The position numbers and the translations under genes are program-made. The notes beneath the pieces are model-generated. The model made no database searches. It was not told where the DNA came from and was given only the letters and a program-made list of their open reading frames with translations. From an uncultured delta proteobacterium (lineage in GTDB: Bacteria; Myxococcota_A; Polyangia; Polyangiales; Polyangiaceae): DNA of 64,000 nucleotides. Positions within the stretch are counted from its first letter, which is position 1. Every line of letters begins with the position of its first letter. Of the stretch, positions 40,256-50,229 are shown in pieces. The stretch covers positions 192,001 through 256,000 of the forward strand of contig CAVQUB010000008.1 of assembly GCA_963716725.1 (NCBI GenBank), written 5' to 3'.

Positions 40256-40942
40256 TCAGAGGCCGAAGCGGGTCAGCGCGGCCCTCACCTCGGCGGCGTC
40301 GCGAGCCCGGAGTACGCCTTCTGGGAGCGCGCGATCGTCGCTGGGAGCAAACCAGACGGCGCGGGCCCCGACGCCGAGCGCACCGACGACGTCGGCGTCC
40401 CATGCGTCGCCCACGTGGATCATGGCCGAGGTCGGCACCCTCAGGCGTTCGGCGGTCCACTCGAAGATGGCCGGCTCGGGCTTCTCGATGCCCAGCACCC
40501 CCGAGTCGGCGAAGGCGCTGAAGCAGTCACGAATGCCCAGCTCGGTGCAGAGTTCGTTGAGTTTGCCCTCGCTGTTCGACACGACGCCCAACGGGACCTT
40601 CGGGTCGCAGAGATCGCGGACCAACTCGAACATGCCGGCGATGGGTCGGCGCCACAGGTTGGTCGACGGCTGCTCGGTCCAGAGCCACTCGGCGAGATCG
40701 CCTGCGGCCGACCGCGGTTCGACCCCGGAGCGTTCGAGCAAGGTGCGCATGAACGTGCACCAAGCGTCGTGGGCGACCAACCCTTGGCGTTTCGCCGCGC
40801 CATAGGCAGCCCAGGCCGCGGCGCTCTCCCCTTGGGCGCGCGAAGCGTCGAGCCCTGCGCCGCGCTCGGCCACGCGGTTCGCGAGCAGATCCAGATCGAG
40901 CTCCGCGAGGGTTTGTCCAAAGTCGAAGGTGACGGCGATCAT
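40256..40942 (-). CDS. HAD-superfamily hydrolase
   Basis: FDFGQTL, VVSN, EKPEPAIF, HVGDAWDADVVGA. Confidence 0.88.
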   Translation of the reverse strand: MIAVTFDFGQTLAELDLDLLANRVAERGAGLDASRAQGESAAAWAAYGAAKRQGLVAHDAWCTFMRTLLERSGVEPRSAAGDLAEWLWTEQPSTNLWRRPIAGMFELVRDLCDPKVPLGVVSNSEGKLNELCTELGIRDCFSAFADSGVLGIEKPEPAIFEWTAERLRVPTSAMIHVGDAWDADVVGALGVGARAVWFAPSDDRALPEGVLRARDAAEVRAALTRFGL

Positions 40943-42033
40943 TCGAACAGGCTCTTCAGCTTCTCCACGAAGGTCCTCTGCTTCGGCTGCACGTCTTCGC
41001 CCAGCTCTTTGCCCAGCTCGACCAAGAGCTCCCGTGCCCGCTCCGAGAGTTCGGTGGGCACTTCGACGCTGATTTCGACCAGCTGATCCCCCCGACCTGC
41101 CCGCAGGCGATGCGGCAGCCCTTTGCCTTTGATGCGTAGCACGGTGCCAGGCTGCGTCGCGGGCGGAACGCGCAGCTTCACTTTGCCATCGAGCGTCGGC
41201 ACCTCGACGTCACCCCCGACCGCGGCTTGCACGAAGCTGACGGGCACCACGCACACGACGTGGTCGCCGTCGCGGTGAAAGAGCGGGTGCGGCGCGACCT
41301 CGACGATGATCTCGAGATCCCCCGGCGGGCGATCTGCGCTGGTCCGGCTGCCGCCTCCTTCGACGGTGCGGTTCGAGCCCGAGTCGACGCCCGCTGGGAT
41401 GCTCACCTCGACGCTTCGGGTCTTCTTGCCGAGGCCCGCGCCCGAGCAACGCTTGCAGGGACTGCTTGGCAGCTGCCCCGTCCCCCGACAGCGCGAGCAC
41501 GGCCGTTCGAGCGCGATGGGAAACATTGCTTGTTGGAAGCGCACGCGACCGCGTCCGCTGCAGGCGCCGCAGCTCGTGACGCTGGCGCCGGGCTCCGCGC
41601 CGCTGCCTTTGCACTCATCGCAGCGATCGAGGACGTCGACTTGCACGACCTTCTCGCAGCCGCGCGCGGCCTCCTCGAAGCTGAGCTCGAGGGCGACCCG
41701 CAGGTTGCCGCGATCGCCCCCGCGGATCCCCATGGCCGCCAAGATGTCGCCGAACATGCCGTCGAAGCCACCGAGGTCAACGAAGGGCATGCCCCCGGGC
41801 CCCGCCCCGCCGGGTCGGAACGCCGCCTCGCCGTAGCGCTCCCAGGCCGCGCGCTTCTGCGGGTCGCTCAGGATTTGGTAGGCCTGATTGAGCTCGGTGA
41901 ACCGGTCGTGGGCCGCGGGGTCGCCGGGATTGCGATCGGGGTGGTGCTGCGCCGCCAACCGGCGAAACGCGGTCTTCAGCTCCGCGTCGCTCGCCCCTCG
42001 CCCGACGCCGAGCACCTCGTGAGGATCGCGCAC
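40939..42033 (-). CDS. dnaJ: DnaJ-family co-chaperone (class I paralogue)
   Basis: J domain with HPD; four CxxCxGxG; C-terminal VPTLDG...GKG. No dnaK adjacent. Confidence 0.85.
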   Translation of the reverse strand: MRDPHEVLGVGRGASDAELKTAFRRLAAQHHPDRNPGDPAAHDRFTELNQAYQILSDPQKRAAWERYGEAAFRPGGAGPGGMPFVDLGGFDGMFGDILAAMGIRGGDRGNLRVALELSFEEAARGCEKVVQVDVLDRCDECKGSGAEPGASVTSCGACSGRGRVRFQQAMFPIALERPCSRCRGTGQLPSSPCKRCSGAGLGKKTRSVEVSIPAGVDSGSNRTVEGGGSRTSADRPPGDLEIIVEVAPHPLFHRDGDHVVCVVPVSFVQAAVGGDVEVPTLDGKVKLRVPPATQPGTVLRIKGKGLPHRLRAGRGDQLVEISVEVPTELSERARELLVELGKELGEDVQPKQRTFVEKLKSLFE

Positions 42034-42141
42034 CGCGGGCCCATACCACGGCCCGCCCGGGGGCCGGAGTGGGCGCGGACCGCCGGCCGGCATCGGCGAG
42101 GGCTTGGCCCTCGCGCTCGGCTCGCCCTAGTCTGGTCGGCG

Positions 42142-42549
42142 ATGAGCACGTCGGACCCTCCCGGAGACCGGCGCCGAGGGGATCGCCTGCCGGTGGAGCT
42201 GAAGGTCGAGTACCGCCGGGTGAACACCTTCTTCGCGGACTACACCAAGAACATCTCCCGCGGCGGCACCTTCATTGCCACCGATCGCCCCTTGCCCGAA
42301 GGGACCGAGTTCGTGTTCGCCCTCGGCGTTCCGCTCATGGCCGAGCCGCTGCGCTTGAACGGACGGGTCTGCTGGGTCGTCTCCACCGACGACGCCACCA
42401 AGGCGAACCCGGCGGGCATGGGGATCGAGTTTCAGTTCGTGGACGATGCCGAGCGGCGAGCCACCGAGCGTACCGTGGAACACCTGCTGGTGGAACAACT
42501 CGGCGAGCACATCGCCGAGAAGCTCTTGGGCAAGAAGATCGAAGACTAG
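42142..42549 (+). CDS. PilZ-domain protein (myxobacterial TIGR02266 type)
   Basis: RRGDR, NISRGGTFI, GMGIEF. Confidence 0.88.
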   Translation: MSTSDPPGDRRRGDRLPVELKVEYRRVNTFFADYTKNISRGGTFIATDRPLPEGTEFVFALGVPLMAEPLRLNGRVCWVVSTDDATKANPAGMGIEFQFVDDAERRATERTVEHLLVEQLGEHIAEKLLGKKIED

Positions 42550-42571
42550 CGGCGCAGGCTCTACCCTGAGC

Positions 42572-43036
42572 TCACTTGCCGACGAGTCGCTCCAACTGCT
42601 TCTGAGCTTCGTCCTTTGACTTCGTGTGCAGGCTGACCGACAGGAACGTGCTCCCGTCGAGGGTGTAGGCAGCGCCCTCCGCCTCGAGTTGCTGCTTGCG
42701 GCGATCGACGTTCGTCGCCGGATCCTTGTACAAGGCGATGGTCAGGCGCGCGCGCTTCTTGCCGTCCGGCGAGGCAGTGCCGTCGGGGCTCTCTTTGCTG
42801 CAGCTCGCCATGATGTTGGAAAACCCCGTGCTGCTGGAGAAGGTCACGCCGCTGTTCTGCCAGCCGAGCTTCCCGCACGCGTCCCCGATCTCTTCTTTGG
42901 TCAGATCAGCGATCGGCTTCTGAAAAATGGGTGGGCCGCTCGACTCCGCGGAGTCGCCACCGCTGCTCTTCTTGCAGGCGAGCAGCGCAGCGCAGACGCA
43001 AATTACGGTGATGCCAAGGGAGCGGGTCTCGATCAT
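42572..43036 (-). CDS. Hypothetical lipoprotein
   Basis: LLAC-KK lipobox. Confidence 0.7.
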   Translation of the reverse strand: MIETRSLGITVICVCAALLACKKSSGGDSAESSGPPIFQKPIADLTKEEIGDACGKLGWQNSGVTFSSSTGFSNIMASCSKESPDGTASPDGKKRARLTIALYKDPATNVDRRKQQLEAEGAAYTLDGSTFLSVSLHTKSKDEAQKQLERLVGK

Positions 43037-43045
43037 GCTCGGAGC

Positions 43046-46000
43046 CTACCGCACCGGTGTCCAGGTGGGGTGTGCTTGGCCGCTCAGGCGCGCGCGCCGT
43101 CGACGAAGCAGCGCCGCGCACGCGAGCGCCGTGAGCCACTCGGCCCCTGAACGCGGCGTGTTCGCCGGAACGCGGCAGCCACAGCCGCCGTCGTCGCCGC
43201 TGCTGTCACCCTTCTTGCCCCCGGTGGAGGTTCCACCTGTAGCGCTGCCGCCCGTCGAGCTGCCGCCTGTAGCGCTGCCGCCCGTAGCGCTGCCGCCCGT
43301 AGCGCTGCCGCCGGTGGCGCCCGAACCGCCGACACCCGAGTCGCTTCCGCCGTCGGCCGCCACGCAGGCGGTCCCGGCGCAGGTGTAGCCCGGTGCGCAG
43401 TCGTTCACTGACGAGCACTGCTGCTGACAAGCCCCACCCAAGCACTTGTACGGGACGCAAGACTGGGTCTGCCCATTCGCAAGCTTGACGGTGGTCGCAT
43501 CCTGGCAGGTGGCAGCGCCGGTCGTGCACTGGCCATTCGACGTATTGCAGGTGGCACCCTGGCTGCAATCCGCGTCGCCGGCGCAGCTGGCCTTGCAGGT
43601 GCCAGCCGTAGAGTTGCAGCCGTAGGGCGCGCAGTTCTTCGTGGTGGGCAGCGCGCACACTCCCACGCCGTCGCAGGTGCCCGCGGGTTGCGAGACGTCG
43701 CCGGTACACGCCGCGTCCTTGCAGGCCGTTCCCGATGCCGGATAGGTGCAGGCGTTCGGGCTGCTGCCGTCACACGCTCCCTTGCACTTGTCGCCAGCGA
43801 CACCCAGGCACTCGGGTCGAGGCTGGCGCGGCACGCCGGACACGATCTTGCACTGCCCGACGCTCCCAGTCTCTGCACAGGCCTGGCACTGACCACTGCA
43901 GGGCGAATCGCAGCAGACGCCGTCTGCACAGAAGCCGCTCTTGCAAGCGTTCGCGGCGGAGCAGCCCTTGCCATTGTCCGACTTGGCCACGCAAGCTCCG
44001 GTCGCGCAGTAGTAGTTCGTCTCACAGTCGGTGTCCGCGACGCAGGGGCTGGAGCAAGCGCTGGCCTTGCAGACGTAGGGCGAGCACGCGACGTCGGTCT
44101 GGGCGGTGCAGAGCCCCGCGCCGTTGCAGATCTTGCCGGTGACGTTGCCGTTGATGCAAGTGGACGGGCCGCAGCTCTTGCCGCTGGCACCCAGCGCGCA
44201 CTGGCCGGGAGTGCCCGAGCACGAGTTCTGCTCGCCGCACGGATCGCTAGAGGTCACGCACTGACTGCCGGGGTTGGTGCCTTGCTTGGCCGCGTTGCAG
44301 GTGCCGCTGTTGGCCGGGTTGGTGTCTTGCTTGTTGCCCGCGGCGCAGGCCATGCACTTGCCAGTGCAGGCCGTGTTGCAGCACACGCCGTCGGCGCAAT
44401 AGGTGGAGGCGCACTCGGCTGAGCTGGTGCAGGTCACGCCGAGGTTCTTCTTGGCCTGACACTTGTTGGTGCTGTCGCAGAAGTGGCCGGCGAGACACTG
44501 GGCGTCGCCGCTGCAAGTTGACGGGCACTGCGCCCCGCCGCCGCATTTGTAGAGGCCGCATTGGCCTGGCGAACCGGCGCTCAGAGCCGTGCAGGTCCCA
44601 TTCTGGGACGCGCCCAACGAAGACGCGCAGACGTCGCAGCCCTCGCCGCAAGTGCTGTCACAGCAGTACGAATCCGAACAGTTTCCGCTCAGGCACTCGC
44701 TGCCGGCCGAGCACGACTGCCCCTTGTTCTTCTTGCAGTTGCCGCTGCCGTCGCAGGCATTGACGGCAGAGCAGGTGCCAAGGTCTTCGGCGTTCTTGAT
44801 CACCGTGTCACAGATGCCCGTCCCCATCGTGCAGGATCGGCAGGGCGTGGTGCAGGCGTCGGAGCAGCACACGCTGTCCACGCAGTTGCCGTTCTTGCAC
44901 TCGGTCGACCCGCTGCAGCTCTGCCCGACCTTCTTCTTGCAGTTGCCGCCGCCGTCACAGCTGTTGTTGCCATTGCACTGGTCGTCGTCCTGGTTGGTCA
45001 CTGGCGTGGTGCATGTGCCCTGGGCGTTGGCGCAGGAAAGGCACGCTCCCGCCGCCGAATTGCACTTCGCGGCCTCCTTGCAGCAGGTATTGTCCACGCA
45101 GGCACCCACCGCGCACTGGCTGCCGGCGCTGCAGCTCTGACCGTCGTTCAGCTTGCACGCGCCGGCCGCGTCGCAGATGTTCGCGCCGCTGCATCCGCTT
45201 GGGTCGGGGGCGCCTTTGATTTGAATGCACTTCCCGGGGAGGTTGGTTCCGTCTGTGAGATTGCAAGACGAGCAGTCGGGGCAGCTCGAGGTCTCGCAGC
45301 AGAAGCCGTCCACGCAATACCCCGTGTCACATTGGGAGCCCGATGTGCATATTCCGCCGAACGCGTGGTATTCCCAGGTCTCGCTCCTCGGAGTGCCTTC
45401 CCCATCCTGGAAGCCACCGAACATCACGGTGCGCCCGCGGTTGGCGTCGAAGGCCATCCCAAAGTTCTGCCGCGGGACGCTGGTGGCGTCGGTCTTGGTC
45501 CAGACCGTGCCGTTCCACTCCCAGGTGTCGCTGAAGCTGTTGGTGGGCGGCGCAGCCCCGTTGTTGCCGCCGAACAGGACGACTTTTCCGCGTCGACTGT
45601 CGTAGGCCATGCCGAAACCGCTGCGAGGCTCCGGCCTCGTGGTGCCGGAGACGCAGCTGGTGCAGGCCTGGGACCAGGTCTGGGTCGCCGAGTCCCAGAG
45701 CCAGGTCTCGGAGCTTAGCCCTGCAGCGTTGCCTCCGAACAGGACGGTCTTGGCGTGCGCTGCGTCGTAGGCCATGGCGTGGCCGAGGCGCGCACTGGGT
45801 TTGGTGGTGCCGGTCACACAAGTCGTGCACTTGGCGGTCCACGTCGTGCCGTTCCACACCCAGGTGTCGTCCAGGAGCGTGCCCTCATAGCCGCCGAAGA
45901 GCACGGTGCCATAGCCGGCGTGATAGGCCATGGCGCTCGACTTGCGGCCGGACGGTCGGAACGGCGCAGCCGTGGGTGTGCAGGTGGCGCATTGCTGCGT

Positions 46001-47092
46001 CCAGTTGGCGCCGTCCCAGAGCCAGGTGTCGCCGGCGCTCGGGTCGGTCGAGCTGTAGCTCGTCTCACCACCAAAGACGAGCACGCCCTTCGTCGAGCCG
46101 TCGTGAAACGCGACGGCGTGCTGGGTGCGGGGAGCGGGACCACAGGCCGCGAGCGGCGATCCGCAGCGCTGCGTCCACGTGGTGCCGTCCCACTCCCAGG
46201 TGTCGTCTCTCTTGGACGCGCCGCCGTGCTGTCCACCGAAGAGCACCGTCACGTTCCGGCTAGGGCGGGGGTCGTAGGCCAGCGGAGCCCACCGAGTGGC
46301 CAGACCAGTCGGCGCCGCGAGGTCGTCCTGCTTCAGCTCCCACAGGTAGCTCTCAATCATGGGATCCAGAAGCACTGGGTACTCGAGCCCTCGGGTGTCG
46401 AGCTCCACGGCCAGCTCGTCGCCAGCGAACGTGAGCTTGGCCTCGCGTCGGGTTCCGGCGCGGTCCAGCGCGAAGGCGGGCAAGATCCGCAGCGCCGCTT
46501 CCCCTTGGGCGTTGACGAAGCGAATGCCTTCGCCCGGCGACTGACGCACTTCCGTGAACGCCGGGCCGCGCACCACCGACCAGGCGAAGCGTCGCGGGGC
46601 GCGCGCGTCGCGCAACAGGAACAGCTGCTCCACCCGGCCCGGCGTGGCCACCACTACGAGATCCGTGGCTGGGTAGGCGTTCTCGTAGGTGACGCGACCC
46701 TCGCTGAGGACGGCCACGGATCCAGTGGCCGCACCCAGGGGTCGAAGCTCGAGTCGATGCCCGTCGCGGCGCGCGACGTTCAGCTCGACGGTGCCGTCCG
46801 CGGTCGCCGGGAGTCGCCCCGCCAGCGAGCCTTCCACGCCGCTCCTCGAACCGGGAGAAGAGAACGCGGTCCCGTCGAGCTGCCACCCCTCGGCGCTCGG
46901 AGCGAGCAGCCGATCGAGCGTTGGATCGGGTCGGGCCAAGGCGCGCACGGAAGCGAGCGCGCCGCTGGGTGTCAGGCCCGCGTCTGGAGTCGTCGCGGGC
47001 TCACTATCGGTGGCCGAGCACGCGGTCGCCGCAACGACGACCAACGGGGCTACTCTCGCGCGCAAGAACCTCAACGCCTCACTGCACCGCAT
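43046..47092 (-). CDS. Large surface protein: N-domain, kelch-like propeller, Cys-rich repeats, MYXO-CTERM
   Basis: Repeats AMAYD...VLFGG...DTW.W.G..W; many C.DG.CC...C..C units; GGSAT linker; DDGGCGCR, TM segment, RRRR. Confidence 0.88.
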   Translation of the reverse strand: MRCSEALRFLRARVAPLVVVAATACSATDSEPATTPDAGLTPSGALASVRALARPDPTLDRLLAPSAEGWQLDGTAFSSPGSRSGVEGSLAGRLPATADGTVELNVARRDGHRLELRPLGAATGSVAVLSEGRVTYENAYPATDLVVVATPGRVEQLFLLRDARAPRRFAWSVVRGPAFTEVRQSPGEGIRFVNAQGEAALRILPAFALDRAGTRREAKLTFAGDELAVELDTRGLEYPVLLDPMIESYLWELKQDDLAAPTGLATRWAPLAYDPRPSRNVTVLFGGQHGGASKRDDTWEWDGTTWTQRCGSPLAACGPAPRTQHAVAFHDGSTKGVLVFGGETSYSSTDPSAGDTWLWDGANWTQQCATCTPTAAPFRPSGRKSSAMAYHAGYGTVLFGGYEGTLLDDTWVWNGTTWTAKCTTCVTGTTKPSARLGHAMAYDAAHAKTVLFGGNAAGLSSETWLWDSATQTWSQACTSCVSGTTRPEPRSGFGMAYDSRRGKVVLFGGNNGAAPPTNSFSDTWEWNGTVWTKTDATSVPRQNFGMAFDANRGRTVMFGGFQDGEGTPRSETWEYHAFGGICTSGSQCDTGYCVDGFCCETSSCPDCSSCNLTDGTNLPGKCIQIKGAPDPSGCSGANICDAAGACKLNDGQSCSAGSQCAVGACVDNTCCKEAAKCNSAAGACLSCANAQGTCTTPVTNQDDDQCNGNNSCDGGGNCKKKVGQSCSGSTECKNGNCVDSVCCSDACTTPCRSCTMGTGICDTVIKNAEDLGTCSAVNACDGSGNCKKNKGQSCSAGSECLSGNCSDSYCCDSTCGEGCDVCASSLGASQNGTCTALSAGSPGQCGLYKCGGGAQCPSTCSGDAQCLAGHFCDSTNKCQAKKNLGVTCTSSAECASTYCADGVCCNTACTGKCMACAAGNKQDTNPANSGTCNAAKQGTNPGSQCVTSSDPCGEQNSCSGTPGQCALGASGKSCGPSTCINGNVTGKICNGAGLCTAQTDVACSPYVCKASACSSPCVADTDCETNYYCATGACVAKSDNGKGCSAANACKSGFCADGVCCDSPCSGQCQACAETGSVGQCKIVSGVPRQPRPECLGVAGDKCKGACDGSSPNACTYPASGTACKDAACTGDVSQPAGTCDGVGVCALPTTKNCAPYGCNSTAGTCKASCAGDADCSQGATCNTSNGQCTTGAATCQDATTVKLANGQTQSCVPYKCLGGACQQQCSSVNDCAPGYTCAGTACVAADGGSDSGVGGSGATGGSATGGSATGGSATGGSSTGGSATGGTSTGGKKGDSSGDDGGCGCRVPANTPRSGAEWLTALACAALLRRRRARLSGQAHPTWTPVR
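43237..43320 (-). repeat. 15-bp coding repeat (GGSAT)
   Basis: GTAGCGCTGCCGCCC-type units in the linker. Confidence 0.8.
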
Positions 47093-47276
47093 GAACGACC
47101 CTCCGATGTTCAACCCCGAAGCCCTAGTCTACGGCGCGACCAGAGTCCGAGGCAACGGGCAGTCCGCGCGAACGATTGCTCCTTCGGGGGGTGCGGCAAT
47201 CGGGCGACCCCGCCGAGCAGATTGACAAGCGCCGCCGATCCCGCTCCAGTACCGCCTGCGCGGAAGGGGAAATGCG

Positions 47277-47666
47277 ATGCGAGAGCTCGTGAAAGTGCCG
47301 GAACGATACCGGCCGTTGCTGGGACAGATCTTCGCGGACTACGCCGACGCGGTGCGCGCGATCGAACACGGGCCCGGCAGCGTCTGTCTCGAGGTCGAAT
47401 TCGATCGCGGTGAGACGCTGTGTTGGCACTACCTCGGCGACGGAAAGCGCGAAATCTGCGAGGGCGCGCCCGGTGACAAAGGGCAACCGCTGCTTCACGT
47501 CAAAGTGACGGCCGAGCAGTTGCGCTCGGCGATGGAATCCAAGAAGTCGATCCGCGAAGTAGCTTTCGCCACCAACGTTCAGGTCAAGGGCGACATCGAC
47601 TTCGCGTTCCGCGTGCTCGCGGCGGCCGAGAAGGTGCGTTCTCACAACCTGCGGAAGGAGTGCTGA
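47277..47666 (+). CDS. SCP2 (sterol/lipid-binding)-like small protein
   Basis: C-terminal pattern V.AEQL...AF...VQVKGDIDFAF typical of SCP2 domains. Confidence 0.5.
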   Translation: MRELVKVPERYRPLLGQIFADYADAVRAIEHGPGSVCLEVEFDRGETLCWHYLGDGKREICEGAPGDKGQPLLHVKVTAEQLRSAMESKKSIREVAFATNVQVKGDIDFAFRVLAAAEKVRSHNLRKEC

Positions 47667-48587
47667 GTGGCTTTCGTCGAAGACTTGGTGCAGGAAGTCG
47701 TCGTCGCCGGCGGGTCCTGCTGTTTCTGGGTGGGACCGAGCCGGTCCAACTCGCAGCTCTTCGCCATCGGCCTGAACGGCACCGTCCCGCAGGCCGCGAA
47801 CAACGGCGCGGCGGTCAGCCTGGTCATCACCGCTGAGCTGTGCAGGCTCAAGCTGAAGGTGACGACGGACGATGCGAGCGGACGCCTCACCAACGTCAGC
47901 TGCAAGCAGTCGTCGGTGGACCTCAGCGCCGTGTCGGACCAATCGCCGTACGTGTTGAAGGGCGCGATGGGTGACTACGCGCCGCGGATCCACAACCACA
48001 ACGACTTGTATTCGCAGCTCGGGCACAACCACGACGGCAGCTATTCGGGGCTCGGGCACAACCACGACGGCAGCTATTCGGGGCTTGGGCACAACCACGA
48101 CGGCAGCTATTCGGGGCTTGGGCACAACCACGACGGCAGCTATTCGGGGCTTGGGCACGGCCACGACGGCAGCTATTCGGGGCTCGGGCACAACCACAAC
48201 CACAACCTTCTGACCAACCGTCTGCCCAGGGAGCACACGCTCGCCTTCGAGACGCGGCTCGTTCGGCAGGTTCCGCAGGGCGTGCCGTTGCAAGAGCTGA
48301 TCGCGACGTCGCCCGAGTTCGCGTCGCTGGTCACGGAGCTCGGAGGCTTACCCCTCGCCGCATACGTTGCACGAAACGGCATCTCTTCGGTCTCCGCCAT
48401 GGTCACGGAGTTTGGCGTGGTGACCCGAGTGCTCGCTGGCATCTTGGTACGCAACGAGACTGCGCCAGATCTGCGCTGGAACCTCCGCGTCTTCTACACC
48501 TCGACGGAAGCGCAATACTCTCGGCCCTCAGGCATCTCGACCGAAGATCTGCATCTGTTCGTGACGACGCACCTGAACGCGCCCTGA
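47667..48587 (+). CDS. Hypothetical protein with His-x-His tandem repeats (tail-fibre-like)
   Basis: GTG directly follows the upstream TGA; central HNHDGSYSGLG repeats. Confidence 0.65.
   Translation: MAFVEDLVQEVVVAGGSCCFWVGPSRSNSQLFAIGLNGTVPQAANNGAAVSLVITAELCRLKLKVTTDDASGRLTNVSCKQSSVDLSAVSDQSPYVLKGAMGDYAPRIHNHNDLYSQLGHNHDGSYSGLGHNHDGSYSGLGHNHDGSYSGLGHNHDGSYSGLGHGHDGSYSGLGHNHNHNLLTNRLPREHTLAFETRLVRQVPQGVPLQELIATSPEFASLVTELGGLPLAAYVARNGISSVSAMVTEFGVVTRVLAGILVRNETAPDLRWNLRVFYTSTEAQYSRPSGISTEDLHLFVTTHLNAP
47991..48206 (+). repeat. 33-bp coding tandem repeat, about 6.5 copies
   Basis: CACAACCACGACGGCAGCTATTCGGGGCTYGGG units with no spacers. Confidence 0.95.
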
Positions 48588-48738
48588 CGCGGGCAAGCTC
48601 TCGTTGGGAGATCAGCCGGAAGCGAACCGCGTGCACCCCGGCTGTGCCTGGCGTCCCGTCGGTGGTCGCGGGTCGAATTCGCTGCGGCGAGGCGGGCGCG
48701 TGGACGCGGCCACGTTCCCGGCGTAGATCTGGGACGGG

Positions 48739-50229
48739 ATGAGCCGAGAGCTCTTGGTGGCAGGGCAACTCTTCGCGGGGCGCTACAAGATAGAACGCTT
48801 CCTCGCCGAGGGTGGCTTCGGTGCGGTGTACGTCGCAGAGCAGCTGGCGACGGAGGCCCGCGTCGCGGTCAAGGTGCTCTGGCCCCACGTGCTCCAAGCC
48901 AAAGACGCGGTCGAAAAATTCGAGCAAGAGGCGCGCATCGCCGGGCGCGTCAACAGCGAGCACATCGTGCGCGTCGTCGACGCCGGGTACGACGAAGCGA
49001 CCGAGATGCCGTTCATGGTGATGGAGCTCTTGATCGGCGAAGACCTCGGGCACACCGTCGAGAGGCAGGGTGCTCTCGCGCCGGATCTCGTCGTGGAGTA
49101 CCTGCGCCAGACCGCGTCGGCCCTCGACCGCGCGCACGGCTACAAGGACCGCGATGGTGCGTTGCGACCCATCATCCACCGGGACCTCAAGCCGGAGAAC
49201 ATCTTCGTCGCGCGCCGCGACAATGGCGAGACCGTGATCAAGGTGCTCGACTTCGGCATCGCCAAGGTGCTCGGCGCGACCTCGAACGTTTCGCAGGAGG
49301 TCAAAGGCACTCCGCTCTACATGGCGTTCGAGCAAGCGGGCGTAGGGACGATTTCGCCCCGCACCGACGTATGGGCGCTGGGCCTCATCGCCTTTTACAT
49401 CTTGACCGGTCAGAGCTACTGGCGAACCGCGAACACGGCCGAAGGTTCCCTCACCCAGCTCTTCGGCGAAGTGCTGTCGTTGCCCATCGTCCCGCCGAGC
49501 CAACGACTGACCGAGCTCGGTCGACCCGCGAATTTGCCGGCCGCATTCGACCCCTGGTTCCTCGGCTGCGTGAATCGTGACCCCGATCAGCGCTTTGCCT
49601 CTGCGGGCGCCGCCATCGCGGCGCTTGGAGAGGTGTTTGGCATTGTGGCGGTCGGCTCGCGCTCGGCGCCCAGTCTCACTGGCCTGCCCGCGCTGGGCGA
49701 CGGACGGGCCGCGTTCGCCACGCCGGTGGCCGCTGCGGTGACCCACCCGTCCGGGCGCGACGTCGGAACCCTGCTCTCGGCTCGACCGCTGGCGGGGACG
49801 GTGACCGCGCTCGCTGTCTCCGGCAACGTCGCCACGCCCAGCACGAAGCGGAGCGGGCTCATTCCGAGCCTGGCGGTGCTGGGCGGGTTGGTCGTACTGG
49901 CGGTGATCGTCGTCGTCGTCGTCGTCTTCGCGCGAGCGAACGGGGGCACGCCCGCGGCCGGCGCCGACACCGCGGTCGTTCTGGCAAGCACCCCGCCACC
50001 GCCGAGCGATTCCGCAGCCGCAGTCGAGGTCACACCCGCCACGCCGCCGCTGGACAGCGCAGCCAAAACGCCAGAAGTTGCCTCCGCCAAACCGGCTGTG
50101 GCGGTCGCGGAGACCGCGAAGGCCGCCCCCCCGAGCAAGTCTTCTGCACCGACTCCGTCCGCCGCCCCCACTGCCAGCACGAAGCCCACCACGCCCGTCA
50201 AGGATCCCTCGCTGTATGGTGAACGCTAG
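48739..50229 (+). CDS. Membrane Ser/Thr protein kinase
   Basis: EGGFGAVY, VAVK, HRDLKPEN, DFG, GTPLYM, DVWALG; TM segment and Pro/Ala/Ser tail. Confidence 0.95.
   Translation: MSRELLVAGQLFAGRYKIERFLAEGGFGAVYVAEQLATEARVAVKVLWPHVLQAKDAVEKFEQEARIAGRVNSEHIVRVVDAGYDEATEMPFMVMELLIGEDLGHTVERQGALAPDLVVEYLRQTASALDRAHGYKDRDGALRPIIHRDLKPENIFVARRDNGETVIKVLDFGIAKVLGATSNVSQEVKGTPLYMAFEQAGVGTISPRTDVWALGLIAFYILTGQSYWRTANTAEGSLTQLFGEVLSLPIVPPSQRLTELGRPANLPAAFDPWFLGCVNRDPDQRFASAGAAIAALGEVFGIVAVGSRSAPSLTGLPALGDGRAAFATPVAAAVTHPSGRDVGTLLSARPLAGTVTALAVSGNVATPSTKRSGLIPSLAVLGGLVVLAVIVVVVVVFARANGGTPAAGADTAVVLASTPPPPSDSAAAVEVTPATPPLDSAAKTPEVASAKPAVAVAETAKAAPPSKSSAPTPSAAPTASTKPTTPVKDPSLYGER

Noticed and set aside
43046..45400. 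Multiheme cytochrome in the Cys-rich proteins
   Set aside because: The Cys pairs are not CxxCH heme motifs.
47222..47250. Sigma70 promoter (TTGACA) upstream of the SCP2-like gene
   Set aside because: Perfect -35 but only a weak -10 (TCCAGT); not enough support.
47991..48206. 33-bp repeats as a CRISPR array
   Set aside because: Head-to-tail with no spacers, length a multiple of 3, in frame within an ORF, and no cas genes.
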